DNA from: a virus
DNA length: 64,000 bases
IMG/VR virus record: IMGVR_UViG_3300044646_003076
Direction: 5' to 3' (one strand)
Under the pieces are notes generated by a model that was given only the letters and a program-made list of their open reading frames with translations, was not told the DNA's origin and searched no databases. The stretch's first letter is position 1; every line of letters begins with the position of its first letter. Shown here piece by piece: positions 63,909-64,000 of the stretch. The translations under genes and the position numbers were made by a program.

Positions 63909-64000
63909 ATGATTTTTAATGAATTGACAGAAGATAATTTTCTTCTATTCGCAATAAAAAATTATCAAAATCCTCAAGGTGTAACAAAGGATGATTTTGA
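63909..64000 (+). CDS. Conserved T4-like hypothetical protein, 3'-partial
   Basis: MIFNELTEDNFLLFAIKNYQNPQGVTKDDF runs off the window end. Confidence 0.75.
   Translation, partial: MIFNELTEDNFLLFAIKNYQNPQGVTKDDF

Noticed and set aside
1-64000. Alternative genetic code or stop-codon recoding
   Set aside because: All core genes are full length under the standard code, with no in-frame stops splitting conserved domains.
1-64000. tRNA/rRNA genes, self-splicing introns, photosynthesis genes (psbA, hli)
   Set aside because: No cloverleaf or T-loop motifs were noticed in the short intergenic gaps, no core gene is split at the DNA level, and no photosystem motifs were seen.

Overview
This window is 64 kb of an AT-rich, T4-like myovirus genome whose gene content and order match cyanomyoviruses (Kyanoviridae-like). 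It runs in near-canonical order through: baseplate genes (gp7 partial, gp8, a giant VrlC-like protein); neck, tail, packaging and head genes (gp13-gp23); gp3/uvsY/uvsW; gp55/gp47/gp46; gp45/gp44/gp62/regA; gp43/uvsX/gp41/mazG-like; a cytidylyltransferase; and putative internal head proteins. Non-canonical additions are: (1) six paralogous small proteins built from about 25 copies of a 26-aa LRV/HEAT-like repeat, in two clusters. The repeat framework is nearly invariant, the variable positions are few and fixed, and DNA tracts are shared between repeats, which suggests a recombinationally diversified binder repertoire (the best candidate for a new system). (2) Inteins in both the terminase (LAGLIDADG, C-terminal Gln) and the portal (mini-intein). 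(3) Two extra terminase-like proteins that have only the ATPase domain. (4) A Hef-like homing endonuclease in reverse orientation. (5) A DNA methyltransferase with high-GC patches. (6) Small ORFs missing from the ORF track, including an NblA-like 57-aa ORF and a 51-aa peptide with a T4 capsid-targeting-like N-terminus. All family assignments come from motif recognition and synteny by eye; no database search was run.
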